From: an uncultured Candidatus Saccharibacteria bacterium
GTDB taxonomy: Bacteria > Patescibacteriota > Saccharimonadia > Saccharimonadales > JANWIN01
Reading direction: 5' to 3'
NCBI GenBank assembly: GCA_964652125.1
Contig: CAZZAE010000003.1
Location: forward strand, 1-51,395
Length of the DNA: 51,395 nucleotides
Shown one piece after another: positions 36,823 to 45,488 of this stretch (its first letter is position 1; each line of letters opens with the position of its first letter). The position numbers were made by a program, and so were the translations under genes. The notes beneath the pieces were generated by a model. It was not told the origin of the DNA and did not search any database. It was given only the letters and a program-made list of their open reading frames with translations.

Positions 36823-39819
36823 TTAATTCTTAACTGTTCCAAAAACGCTATTGCTATTACTGTCTTCAATAGTTATCATGCTATTAATTGGTGCATTTGC
36901 AATACTTACCTGGCAACTTGATGAACATGTCTTGCTCCAAGATGGACTAAAATTATCTGTTAATGTAAAAGGTGCTAGACCACCACTCCATTCAACATTA
37001 ATTTTAGTGTTATCATTAGTGTCTTTTTTTGCCGATATGAACGCTAAAGGGCTGGACGCCCCCGTAAAATTTACACTTATACCTCCACTAGTTGCATCAT
37101 ATAAAACACTGTCTATTACTTGAACGGATACAGTTTTAGTTCCAGAACCGGTATAAGAAAAGGACACGGTTGAAGCCACTCTCTTAGATTGGACGCCGAC
37201 ACCACCTACAATAAGTCTGACCGTACCCGAGCCACTAAGGGCGGCATATTTTGGATCGTATAGTGGATGAGTCCCAGGTGCGACACTAACAGTTATCGTG
37301 CACGGATTACTACAATCACCACCGCTAGGCGAAGTAATTGAAATATGAGGTCTTTCGTCATCGCAATGGTGAACATCATCAGTTTGACTTGTATTTGCTG
37401 TACTGCCTCCCTTATCTACGAAGATATCTACTGAAAATATATTGGCATTAGAGTTGGAAGCAGATTTTCGAGCTAATGATGGGGTACAGTCAGTGGCTAA
37501 TTTATTGGAGACAATATCAATTGGTTTGCTGGCTTTAGCTTGTTTGGAATTGGGCACATACCAAGACGGGTATAAGTCGTTTGCGGGGCTTGGTTCAACT
37601 GACCCGTAGCCTACGTGACTACGTATTACAAATGCTGGCATAGTTTTCACACCAGCAGGTTTTTGCCAGTTTATTGGTGATTTATGCAACATATTATGAG
37701 CGGCTTCCATCCAATTTCGGGTTATTGGCATAGTCAAGTTCTCCATTGGGCCAAATAAAGCTTTGTTACGTGTGTGGTAGCCGACCCATGATACGGCTGC
37801 GTACTGAGTAGACCAACTTGTCATCAAACCGTCAAAGCCGTTGTTGGTAGTACCAGTTTTAACGGCGAAATGCCAACCATTGTAGCGTTGGAATTTAGTT
37901 CCGTAAGGAAAATAAGACGCATTGGGATCAGAAGCCATGTCATCCATGATGTAGGCGGTATCAGGACGAATTACTTGCTTGCTGTCATGCTTTACCAGTG
38001 GTACATCTTTGTTGTTTGAATCAATAATTCTAGTTATATAGGTTCTGGGTATTGCTTTGCCAAGACGTGCTAGAGTTGCTAGGCCATTTACGTGATCGTC
38101 TAAATGCAAGAATGCACCATCACCAATTGCTGAGGCACCGTAACACTGGGTAGTCTTGGTTAGGGCAACATCAGAGTAACAATTGTAACTATTTAGTCCA
38201 CTTCGCTGGTCACCAACATTGTCCATCATATCTGATGCAATTTTAATAACTTTGTCAGTGCCAACAATCAAGTTGGCTTTGACTGCTGGAATGTTTCGAG
38301 ATCCACCTAGTGCATAGCGCAGTGTTTCTGGCCCGGGTGAGCGCTTATCGAAGTCGGTTAAACAATCACTTCCATGCGTGCAAGGATAACCTGGCAGCGG
38401 TCCTACTTTGTCATATAATACTGAACCAGCTCCAACGTTATTGCTAGTCTCGATTAAAGAAGAATAGTCGTACGGCTTAAAACTAGAACCAGGTGGAATA
38501 AAAGCGTCGTGGGCGTAATTAATTTTACCGTGATCTGGATTTGTAAAATCTGTACCCCCAACTAACGATACAATTTGACCGGTCTTGACATCTTCCGCCA
38601 CAAAAGCTGCTTCATCAGCATTATGAGCTTGGATATTGGGAAGGTCGTTTTTAATCACAGTTTCGGCTAAATCTTGCAACTTAAGATCGAGTGATGTGAT
38701 GACTTTCCAACCAGCCCTAGTATTAGTCCCGATATATTGATCATCAAGTTCGGCCTTGGCGGCTAGTACAAAATAAGGTGCCTTAATGCCAGCATATTTA
38801 GGTTCTTGTTTGTGGATCTTTTTTAGTATGTTAACTTTCTTGGCGGCAGTGGCTTGTTCTTGAGTTATCATGCCTTGATTGACCATTAAATCTAAAATGT
38901 ATCGCTGGCGCGCTAGCAACTCTTTTTTTTCATAGTAAGGACCATATGGAGAATAAACGGAAGGTGATTTAGGAATCGCCGCCATAAAGGCCGCTTCATC
39001 TAGCGTTAAATCTTTTGCTGACTTTTGGAAATAGTCACGTGAGGCAGCCTCTACACCGTACTCGATATTGCCATAAGGTGCGGTATTTAAATAGCCAGTT
39101 AAGATGTCGTCTTTAGAGTAGCTGCGCTCTAACTCAACTGCCAGTATTACTTCTTTAATCTTACGAGTTACAGTCCGATTACCAGTCCAATCTTCGGATA
39201 ACTTAACCAGTTGCTGAGTAATAGTCGAACCACCTTGAGTGCCACCATGACCAAAAGTATCATTAATACCAGCTCGCAGAATTCCTCTAACGTCAAAACC
39301 ACCGTGCTTATAAAAGTCTTTGTCCTCTACGGCTACAGTAGCTTTGCGGATATATGGTGCCATTTCGCTAGTTTTAACTGGTACTCGTTTGACAGCGTCA
39401 TAATCTTCCCAAAGCAGTGTTTTACCAGTTCGGTCATAATAGCGAATACTGCCCCCGATATTATTTCCAGAAGCAGTCAGATTAGGTAAGTCTTTGCGAA
39501 AGTATGCGAATACTGCAAGTAAAGTTACAAAGCCAACAATAAATCCAAGACCGACAATTTTAAGAGCCATAATGCCACCGTCTCGGCTAAACCAATAACG
39601 ATACATGCGACCGGGCGCAAAATGGTAGAAGAATCGCTTTATGCGTGACTTAGGAAGTCCCGCCTTGCGTTCAGCGCGCCTGGCTTCAGTGGCATCGCGT
39701 CGAGCAACCCAGCGTTCTGTTAGATTACGGTGGATCTTAAAAGAATTGCCGCTTTTGGTTACATACTGATTACCAATACGTTTGCGGCGCCCACCCGGGC
39801 CCTTTCTAGATGCACTCAT
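36823..39819 (-). CDS. bifunctional class A penicillin-binding protein (PBP1A type) with a long C-terminal extension
   Basis: Glycosyltransferase motifs EDKDFYKHGGFD and GGSTITQQLVK. Transpeptidase motifs SSFKP, SRN and KTGTT. The last roughly 260 aa are Cys/Ser/Thr-rich and beta-like. Confidence 0.92.
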   Translation of the reverse strand: MSASRKGPGGRRKRIGNQYVTKSGNSFKIHRNLTERWVARRDATEARRAERKAGLPKSRIKRFFYHFAPGRMYRYWFSRDGGIMALKIVGLGFIVGFVTLLAVFAYFRKDLPNLTASGNNIGGSIRYYDRTGKTLLWEDYDAVKRVPVKTSEMAPYIRKATVAVEDKDFYKHGGFDVRGILRAGINDTFGHGGTQGGSTITQQLVKLSEDWTGNRTVTRKIKEVILAVELERSYSKDDILTGYLNTAPYGNIEYGVEAASRDYFQKSAKDLTLDEAAFMAAIPKSPSVYSPYGPYYEKKELLARQRYILDLMVNQGMITQEQATAAKKVNILKKIHKQEPKYAGIKAPYFVLAAKAELDDQYIGTNTRAGWKVITSLDLKLQDLAETVIKNDLPNIQAHNADEAAFVAEDVKTGQIVSLVGGTDFTNPDHGKINYAHDAFIPPGSSFKPYDYSSLIETSNNVGAGSVLYDKVGPLPGYPCTHGSDCLTDFDKRSPGPETLRYALGGSRNIPAVKANLIVGTDKVIKIASDMMDNVGDQRSGLNSYNCYSDVALTKTTQCYGASAIGDGAFLHLDDHVNGLATLARLGKAIPRTYITRIIDSNNKDVPLVKHDSKQVIRPDTAYIMDDMASDPNASYFPYGTKFQRYNGWHFAVKTGTTNNGFDGLMTSWSTQYAAVSWVGYHTRNKALFGPMENLTMPITRNWMEAAHNMLHKSPINWQKPAGVKTMPAFVIRSHVGYGSVEPSPANDLYPSWYVPNSKQAKASKPIDIVSNKLATDCTPSLARKSASNSNANIFSVDIFVDKGGSTANTSQTDDVHHCDDERPHISITSPSGGDCSNPCTITVSVAPGTHPLYDPKYAALSGSGTVRLIVGGVGVQSKRVASTVSFSYTGSGTKTVSVQVIDSVLYDATSGGISVNFTGASSPLAFISAKKDTNDNTKINVEWSGGLAPFTLTDNFSPSWSKTCSSSCQVSIANAPINSMITIEDSNSNSVFGTVKN

Positions 39820-39851
39820 TTAGGTGTGTAACTCCTCATTGGATACTGGCT

Positions 39852-39860
39852 ATTATATCA
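39852..39860 (-). promoter_or_regulatory. extended -10 (TGaTATAAT) for the PBP gene, leadered
   Basis: The minus strand reads TGATATAAT. A GAGGAG RBS lies 11 nt upstream of ATG 39819. Confidence 0.45.
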
Positions 39861-39923
39861 AATTAATCCATATAACAATGACTAAAAAAGCATAGCTTTA
39901 TGGTAGCTGTCTGGCAGGTAAGT

Positions 39924-39929
39924 TATAAT
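39924..39929 (+). promoter_or_regulatory. -10 box TATAAT 9 nt upstream of the tyrS ATG
   Basis: TATAAT-ttaaataat-ATG at 39939. Confidence 0.35.
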
Positions 39930-39938
39930 TTAAATAAT

Positions 39939-41150
39939 ATGGCTGATCTTACGCTTTCAGAAGAGCTCAAGTGGCGGGGCTTCATTAACCAAACTACACT
40001 TAAAGACTTATCAGTGCTCGACAAGCAAAAGCTAAACTTTTACATTGGTTTTGATGCCTCAGCTGACTCCCAGACTGTTGGTAATCTAGCAGCAGTAATG
40101 TTTGCTAAATGTTTTGTGCGTCACGGCTACCAGGCTTTTATATTAGCCGGTGGATCCACAAGTTTGATTGGTGATCCCGGTGGCAAAGAAAATGAGCGGC
40201 CGCTTCAAGACGAAACCAAGATTGCTCACAACGTTCAGCGGACAGAAGATCAATTAAAGAAACTTATGAGTGGGCAAGATTTTAAAATGGTAAATAATTT
40301 AGACTGGACAAGAGATTTAAAAGTCCTACCGTTTTTGCGTGATATTGGTAAACATTTTTCTATGACGCCCCTAATTCAGCGAGATTATATTGCTACCAGG
40401 TTGGGACAAGAAGGATCTGGCATTAGCTTCGCGGAGTTTAGCTACACTATCTTGCAAGGTTACGATTTCCTGCATTTATTTGATAAATACGATGTCAGGT
40501 TACAACTAGGGGGCTCAGACCAATGGGGCAACTGTTTGTCGGGCGTTGAGTTAATTAGAAAAGCACGTGGCAAAGAAGTAAATGCCATGACTCTAAATTT
40601 AATAGTAAATAAAGCAACTGGCCAAAAGTTTGGCAAATCCGAAGCAGGTGCAGTTTGGCTAGATCCCCAAAAGACCTCCCCCAACGATTTTTACCAATTC
40701 TGGATAAATGTTAACGATGATGATGTCGGCACATATTTAAAAGTCTTTACAGAACTAGGCAAGCAGCAAATTAGTAAAATAATGACTGAATTTGAAAAAG
40801 ACAAGTCTAGCCGTCTAGCCCAAACTAACTTAGCTTACGAAGTAACAAAACTGGTTCATGGCCAGGAAACGGCTGAGCGTGCTAAAAACCATGCCGGCAA
40901 ATTGGTAGCTGCTACTCTAGATTCCTCGGGACAAGTTGGGCTAGGTGATAGCGTAGTAGAATCTCTTGTAAAATACGGACTGGCCACTTCGAAAACTGAA
41001 GCTCGACAGCTGCTTTCCAGTGGTGGAATATATATCAATAACCTACAGAGTGCTAAAACAACTTTTGAAGAATCAGATTTTAGGGAAGGTCGAGCTATAT
41101 TAAGGCGCGGTAAGGCACTTAGGAATACGGTTGTCCTGAGACTACGCTAA
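39939..41150 (+). CDS. tyrS: tyrosine--tRNA ligase (noncanonical HIGH motif)
   Basis: Collinear with bacterial TyrRS: GFDASADS, GGSTSLIGDP, FLRDIGKHFS, FAEFSYTILQGYDF, GGSDQWGN, KFGKS and an S4-like C-terminus. Start MADLTLSEEL is preferred over 39900. Confidence 0.9.
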   Translation: MADLTLSEELKWRGFINQTTLKDLSVLDKQKLNFYIGFDASADSQTVGNLAAVMFAKCFVRHGYQAFILAGGSTSLIGDPGGKENERPLQDETKIAHNVQRTEDQLKKLMSGQDFKMVNNLDWTRDLKVLPFLRDIGKHFSMTPLIQRDYIATRLGQEGSGISFAEFSYTILQGYDFLHLFDKYDVRLQLGGSDQWGNCLSGVELIRKARGKEVNAMTLNLIVNKATGQKFGKSEAGAVWLDPQKTSPNDFYQFWINVNDDDVGTYLKVFTELGKQQISKIMTEFEKDKSSRLAQTNLAYEVTKLVHGQETAERAKNHAGKLVAATLDSSGQVGLGDSVVESLVKYGLATSKTEARQLLSSGGIYINNLQSAKTTFEESDFREGRAILRRGKALRNTVVLRLR

Positions 41151-41151
41151 C

Positions 41152-41160
41152 TGCTAAACT
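41152..41160 (+). promoter_or_regulatory. extended -10 (TGcTAAACT) 8 nt upstream of ATG 41169
   Basis: TGCTAAACT-aaactcca-ATG. Confidence 0.4.
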
Positions 41161-41168
41161 AAACTCCA

Positions 41169-41939
41169 ATGCCAAAAGTAACACAAAAAAAAGCTGATCA
41201 ATACAACGACCCTAGTCACAATTATTTAAAGTATTGGCAAGGTCGCGGTTATGAAAATCAGGCTGAGCAAATTGCTATCAAACGATTCCTAAAAGGCAAG
41301 CATTTCAAACAAGCTGTTGATGTCGGTGGTGGATATGGCCGCTTATCTATATTACTAGCTGAATATGCAGATAAAGTAACTTTGGCTGAGCCTTCCCAGC
41401 AACAATTAGATATGGCCGAGGATTTCTTAGCCAATTATCCAAATATTAAAAAGCAGTTGATGCAAGCCGATAGTCTTAGTTTTCCAGACAGTTCCATTGA
41501 TCTTATTACTATGATTAGGGTAATGCATCATTTGCCAGATCCGAGCTCTGAATTAAAAGAAATTCACAGGGTATTGAGTGATAATGGTTACCTTATATTA
41601 GAAGTTGCAAATTTTGCCCATATCCAAAATCGTCTTAAGTATTTTGTTCGTAATAAACGCTTACCAGTCGAGCCTGTAGATATACGCTCGGAAGCAAACC
41701 GGAATAATAAAGATGAAATTGCTTTTGTGAACCATAATCCAAAAACGGTGATAAAACAACTGGCACATGCAGGATTTCGGGTTGAGCGAACCTTATCCGT
41801 TTCTAACCTGCGCTCACAAGCTCTAAAGAGAGTAGTGCCAGCACAAGCCATGCTAGCGATCGAGAATATAATGCAAGTACCACTTGCCAAAACATATTTT
41901 GGTCCAAGTGTATTTTTCTTAGCTAAAAAAGCATCTTAG
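41169..41939 (+). CDS. class I SAM-dependent methyltransferase
   Basis: Motif I VDVGGGYGRL and post-I LAEP. Target unknown. Confidence 0.75.
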   Translation: MPKVTQKKADQYNDPSHNYLKYWQGRGYENQAEQIAIKRFLKGKHFKQAVDVGGGYGRLSILLAEYADKVTLAEPSQQQLDMAEDFLANYPNIKKQLMQADSLSFPDSSIDLITMIRVMHHLPDPSSELKEIHRVLSDNGYLILEVANFAHIQNRLKYFVRNKRLPVEPVDIRSEANRNNKDEIAFVNHNPKTVIKQLAHAGFRVERTLSVSNLRSQALKRVVPAQAMLAIENIMQVPLAKTYFGPSVFFLAKKAS

Positions 41940-41950
41940 TCTTTTATAGT

Positions 41951-41956
41951 TATAAT
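41951..41956 (+). promoter_or_regulatory. -10 box TATAAT 7 nt upstream of the recG ATG
   Basis: TATAAT-taacttt-ATG at 41964. Confidence 0.4.
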
Positions 41957-41963
41957 TAACTTT

Positions 41964-43997
41964 ATGGAACTTGACAGCCCGTTGGCTGATATTAAGGGAG
42001 TTGGTGAGACTTTAGCCGGGAAATATGCGGCTTTGGGTATTAAAAGCGTTAAAGATTTAATAAATTATTACCCTCGTCGCTATGATGATTACTCAATAGT
42101 CCAACCCATTGCCCATATCAAACCTGGCGTAGTTACGATCAAGGCGGCTATCAAACAATCTAAGGGGCACTATGTCCGCCGGGGAATGCACATAACTGAA
42201 GCAGTTGCCAGTGATGAAACTGGCAGTGTGCGCTTAGTTTGGTTTAATCAGCCGTACCGGGCTGGGGCAATTAAACCGGGTGCCCAGTACTATATATCTG
42301 GCCAGTTTGAGCTTAGCTATCAGCGTTTAAGTCTTATGAACCCATCCATGGAGTTAGTTAGCGACTTCCCAATCAATACAGCAAGAATAGTGCCAATTTA
42401 CCGCGAGGCCAAACTAACAAAGTCTACAGAAATCCGCCGAATGTTAAGAACAATAATTCCTCTAATAAAAGGGCTAAGGGAAACTTTGCCAAAGTGGCTT
42501 ATTGCCGATCAAAAGCTAATGAGCCTCAACCAAGCCGTATTGGCTATGCATTTTCCTGATAGTTCGAAACAACTCGAACAAGCCCAGCGGCGTTTAGGTT
42601 TCGAGGAAGTTTTTCAGCTTAGTTTAGCTAGTTTGCTAAATAAGTTTGAACTAATGCAAGAGCAATCTTTAAAGATCCCTTTTAAACAGTCTTTAGCGAA
42701 AGATTTTGTCGCAAAACTACCTTTTAAACTGACAAACGCCCAGCGCAAAGTAATATGGCGTATTTACCAGGACCTTGAGAAAAATCATCCTATGAATCGT
42801 TTGCTGGAAGGAGATGTCGGAAGTGGTAAGACAGTTGTTGCGACCATGGCGGCTTTAATGGCTATGGAGCAAGGCTTCCAAGCAGCCATAATGGCACCAA
42901 CTGAACTGCTGGCTCGTCAACACGCCGATACAATTCATAAACTACTAGAGCCACTGGGTTTTGATAAACAGGTTGGCTTGCTTGTAGGAAGTTTGAAGCC
43001 AGCCCAGAAAACTACTGCTCAAAAACGTATTAAGTCTGGTGATATTCGTCTGATGATTGGAACTCATGCACTGATTGCGCAAAAGGTTGACATGCATAAA
43101 TTGGGACTTATTATTATTGACGAGCAACATCGCTTTGGAGTTGATCAACGCAAGAAACTTCAGGCTAAGGCGGGTCATGCTCCACATATGTTGAGTATGA
43201 CAGCCACACCCATACCGCGGTCTTTGGCTCTTACTCTTTATGGTGAGCTGGATATATCTGTTATTGACGAAAAGCCAGCTGATCGAAAACCAATAATTAC
43301 CAAAATCGTATCTCCAAATTCACGTAAACAGTTATATGCCAAAATTGATAAAGAATTAAATTCTGGTCGCCAAATGTTTGTAGTATGCCCATTAATATCT
43401 CCAAGTGCGGCATCAAATGGTCAAGCAGCAGAAAAAGTTTATGACCAAATTAAAAAAGATTTTGCCAAGTTCCGCGTGGGCTTATTGCATGGCAAACTCG
43501 GGTCAGAAGTTAAAAACAAAGCAATGGCAGCTTTTGTTGCCGGTAAGCTAGATATATTAGTGGCAACTACGGTTATTGAAGTTGGAGTCGATGTTCCCAA
43601 TGCTACAGTTATGCTAATTGAAGATGCAGAGCGTTTTGGATTGGCACAAATACACCAACTCCGGGGTCGAGTTGGGCGTAGCAATCATCAAGGGTATGCT
43701 TACTTAATGACTTCAAGCTCTCAATCTCCCAGCCGACGTGTTAGGGCGCTTGAGACAAGTAGAAACGGTTTTGAACTGGCAGATTTGGATCTGGAACTCA
43801 GGGGACCGGGAGCAATTTATGGAACAATGCAACATGGTCAGCTAGACCTCAGAGTTGCTAAATTAACAGACGTAAAACTAATTGCTGCCGCTCGCAGTGC
43901 GGCTCATGAATTTATAGATAAGCATGATGATCTGCTAAAATATAAGCAGTTATATGCTCAAGTTACCAAACTTCGAGCTATCACAAACCTAAATTAA
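41964..43997 (+). CDS. recG: ATP-dependent DNA helicase RecG
   Basis: Wedge domain, GDVGSGKT, DEQHRFG, TATPIPRS and QLRGRVGR. Confidence 0.95.
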   Translation: MELDSPLADIKGVGETLAGKYAALGIKSVKDLINYYPRRYDDYSIVQPIAHIKPGVVTIKAAIKQSKGHYVRRGMHITEAVASDETGSVRLVWFNQPYRAGAIKPGAQYYISGQFELSYQRLSLMNPSMELVSDFPINTARIVPIYREAKLTKSTEIRRMLRTIIPLIKGLRETLPKWLIADQKLMSLNQAVLAMHFPDSSKQLEQAQRRLGFEEVFQLSLASLLNKFELMQEQSLKIPFKQSLAKDFVAKLPFKLTNAQRKVIWRIYQDLEKNHPMNRLLEGDVGSGKTVVATMAALMAMEQGFQAAIMAPTELLARQHADTIHKLLEPLGFDKQVGLLVGSLKPAQKTTAQKRIKSGDIRLMIGTHALIAQKVDMHKLGLIIIDEQHRFGVDQRKKLQAKAGHAPHMLSMTATPIPRSLALTLYGELDISVIDEKPADRKPIITKIVSPNSRKQLYAKIDKELNSGRQMFVVCPLISPSAASNGQAAEKVYDQIKKDFAKFRVGLLHGKLGSEVKNKAMAAFVAGKLDILVATTVIEVGVDVPNATVMLIEDAERFGLAQIHQLRGRVGRSNHQGYAYLMTSSSQSPSRRVRALETSRNGFELADLDLELRGPGAIYGTMQHGQLDLRVAKLTDVKLIAAARSAAHEFIDKHDDLLKYKQLYAQVTKLRAITNLN

Positions 43998-44002
43998 AAA
44001 AT

Positions 44003-44830
44003 ATGTATTCTGGTACAACACTTACAAAACTATCTGGGCGTTTTATTGGTGCTCACCAAAAGATTGATAGCGTTGCCCGACGTCATCTTGCAAAACTGAC
44101 CAATGAAAACGGTGTGAAAATATTTCCACCGATTAGAAAGATACTACAATTTGAAGGTAAAAACGGCCCTGATGGTATCAAGCGAAAAAGCCCAGCCAGA
44201 GATGAACCATGGCATTTTTATAGCCCGTTTAACGATGATGACTCACAGTTGTCCGAACTTATACGCGATCACTACAATCTACTAGTTGAACAGCTCAAAC
44301 AAGGTAATAAGGAGCGAACAGCATTTGAAGCTGCTTGGTTGGCGCACGCATTAGTAGATGGATTAACGCCAGCACATCACTATCCTTACGAAGAAGAGCT
44401 TTCAGACATTAGAGGTGGAACGGGCAATGAAGCTAGGCAAACAGTTAAAGAGAAAATAGTGCAACCTGGTGATACTAAACGAGAAAAGGTCAAGAATAAC
44501 TGGAAAATGTGGGGCCCAAAAGGTCTAATTTCAACTCACGGATTATTTGAAATCGGTATTGCATCTATTATTAAGCCCTTGTCATTTGGAGATGCTTTGC
44601 CGACAGATGAAGATTTGAAAAAGATTCAGGAGATTGGCGTTGTCGAATGGTTTAAGCGCACAGCCCGCGAAATAGCAGTTATGGATATGTACGAGCGCTA
44701 TTATCGCCGTGGCTGGTCAACACGGCTAACTTTAGATGTTCGACATAAACTAATGCCCTCCGTTGTTAAAACAGTTACGTTAGCTTGGTATGCAGCTTTA
44801 ATAGAGGCAGACTTAGTCAAAAAGTCATGA
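44003..44830 (+). CDS. zinc-dependent phospholipase C / P1-nuclease-fold family protein (putative)
   Basis: WHFYSPFNDD resembles PLC SHFYDPDNG. LAHALVDGLTPAHH reproduces the H-x3-D-x5-H zinc-ligand spacing of Bacillus cereus PC-PLC (LHYLGDVNQPMH). No signal peptide. Confidence 0.5.
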   Translation: MYSGTTLTKLSGRFIGAHQKIDSVARRHLAKLTNENGVKIFPPIRKILQFEGKNGPDGIKRKSPARDEPWHFYSPFNDDDSQLSELIRDHYNLLVEQLKQGNKERTAFEAAWLAHALVDGLTPAHHYPYEEELSDIRGGTGNEARQTVKEKIVQPGDTKREKVKNNWKMWGPKGLISTHGLFEIGIASIIKPLSFGDALPTDEDLKKIQEIGVVEWFKRTAREIAVMDMYERYYRRGWSTRLTLDVRHKLMPSVVKTVTLAWYAALIEADLVKKS

Positions 44831-45360
44831 GAGTTATTGCTGGTCAATTTGGTGGTCGTCAATTTGATGCCCCCAAAGGTCAACGGACTCACCCGATGAG
44901 TGAAAGAGTACGAGGCGGCTTGTTCGGTTCATTGGGGGATATAACTGGTTTGACTATACTCGATGCATTTGCCGGAAGTGGCGCTCTGAGCATTGAAGCA
45001 ATAAGCCGAGGGGCTAAAGAAGCAGTAGCCATAGATATTGATAGACAAGCTTTCGCAGCAATTACAAGTAATATAAAGAGTCTAAATTTAGACAAGCAAA
45101 TCAAAGCGATTCGGGCTAACGTAAGCGGCTGGTCGGATAATAATCCCAGTGTCCAATTTGATATTGTTTTTATAGCACCACCATACGATGATTTACAACC
45201 CAAGCTTCTAGTAAAGTTAATTAGACATGTCAAAACTGATGGAATATATGCTTTGGATTGGCCCGGTAAGACAGATTTACCAGATCTGGCTGAACTAGAC
45301 CTTATTAAAAGACAGGATTATGGTGACGCTCAAGTGGTGTTTTACCGAAAAATTCATTAA
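44827..45360 (+). CDS. rsmD: 16S rRNA (guanine966-N2)-methyltransferase RsmD family
   Basis: Start MRVIAGQFGGR with an ATGA overlap on the upstream stop. LDAFAGSGALSIEAISRGA motif I. Motif IV reads APPY rather than DPPY/F. Confidence 0.85.
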   Translation: MRVIAGQFGGRQFDAPKGQRTHPMSERVRGGLFGSLGDITGLTILDAFAGSGALSIEAISRGAKEAVAIDIDRQAFAAITSNIKSLNLDKQIKAIRANVSGWSDNNPSVQFDIVFIAPPYDDLQPKLLVKLIRHVKTDGIYALDWPGKTDLPDLAELDLIKRQDYGDAQVVFYRKIH

Positions 45361-45373
45361 AATATCAGGCTAG

Positions 45374-45458
45374 GCCGAGGTGGCGAAATTGGTAGACGCA
45401 CTAGGTTTAGGACCTAGCGGAGAAATCCATGGAGGTTCAAGTCCTCTCCTCGGCACCA
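45374..45458 (+). tRNA. tRNA-Leu (anticodon UAG), class II long variable arm, CCA encoded
   Basis: Acceptor stem GCCGAGG/CCTCGGC. Anticodon stem CTAGG/CCTAG with loop TTTAGGA (TAG at 45408..45410). GGA-gaaa-TCC variable arm. T arm GGAGG-TTCAAGT-CCTCT. Discriminator A followed by CCA. Confidence 0.93.
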
Positions 45459-45488
45459 AATTTTAGACAGATCACAATTATTTGAAGA

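Noticed and set aside
39900-39938. Upstream ATG extension of tyrS (MVAVWQVSYNLNN)
   Set aside because: The extension contains the TATAAT box itself, and bacterial TyrRS alignment begins at MADLTLSEELKWRGF.
45374-45488. tRNA-Leu as a possible integration hotspot for a genomic island
   Set aside because: There is no integrase, no duplicated tRNA 3' fragment and no obviously foreign genes on either side. The flanks are rsmD and a membrane protein/hisS.
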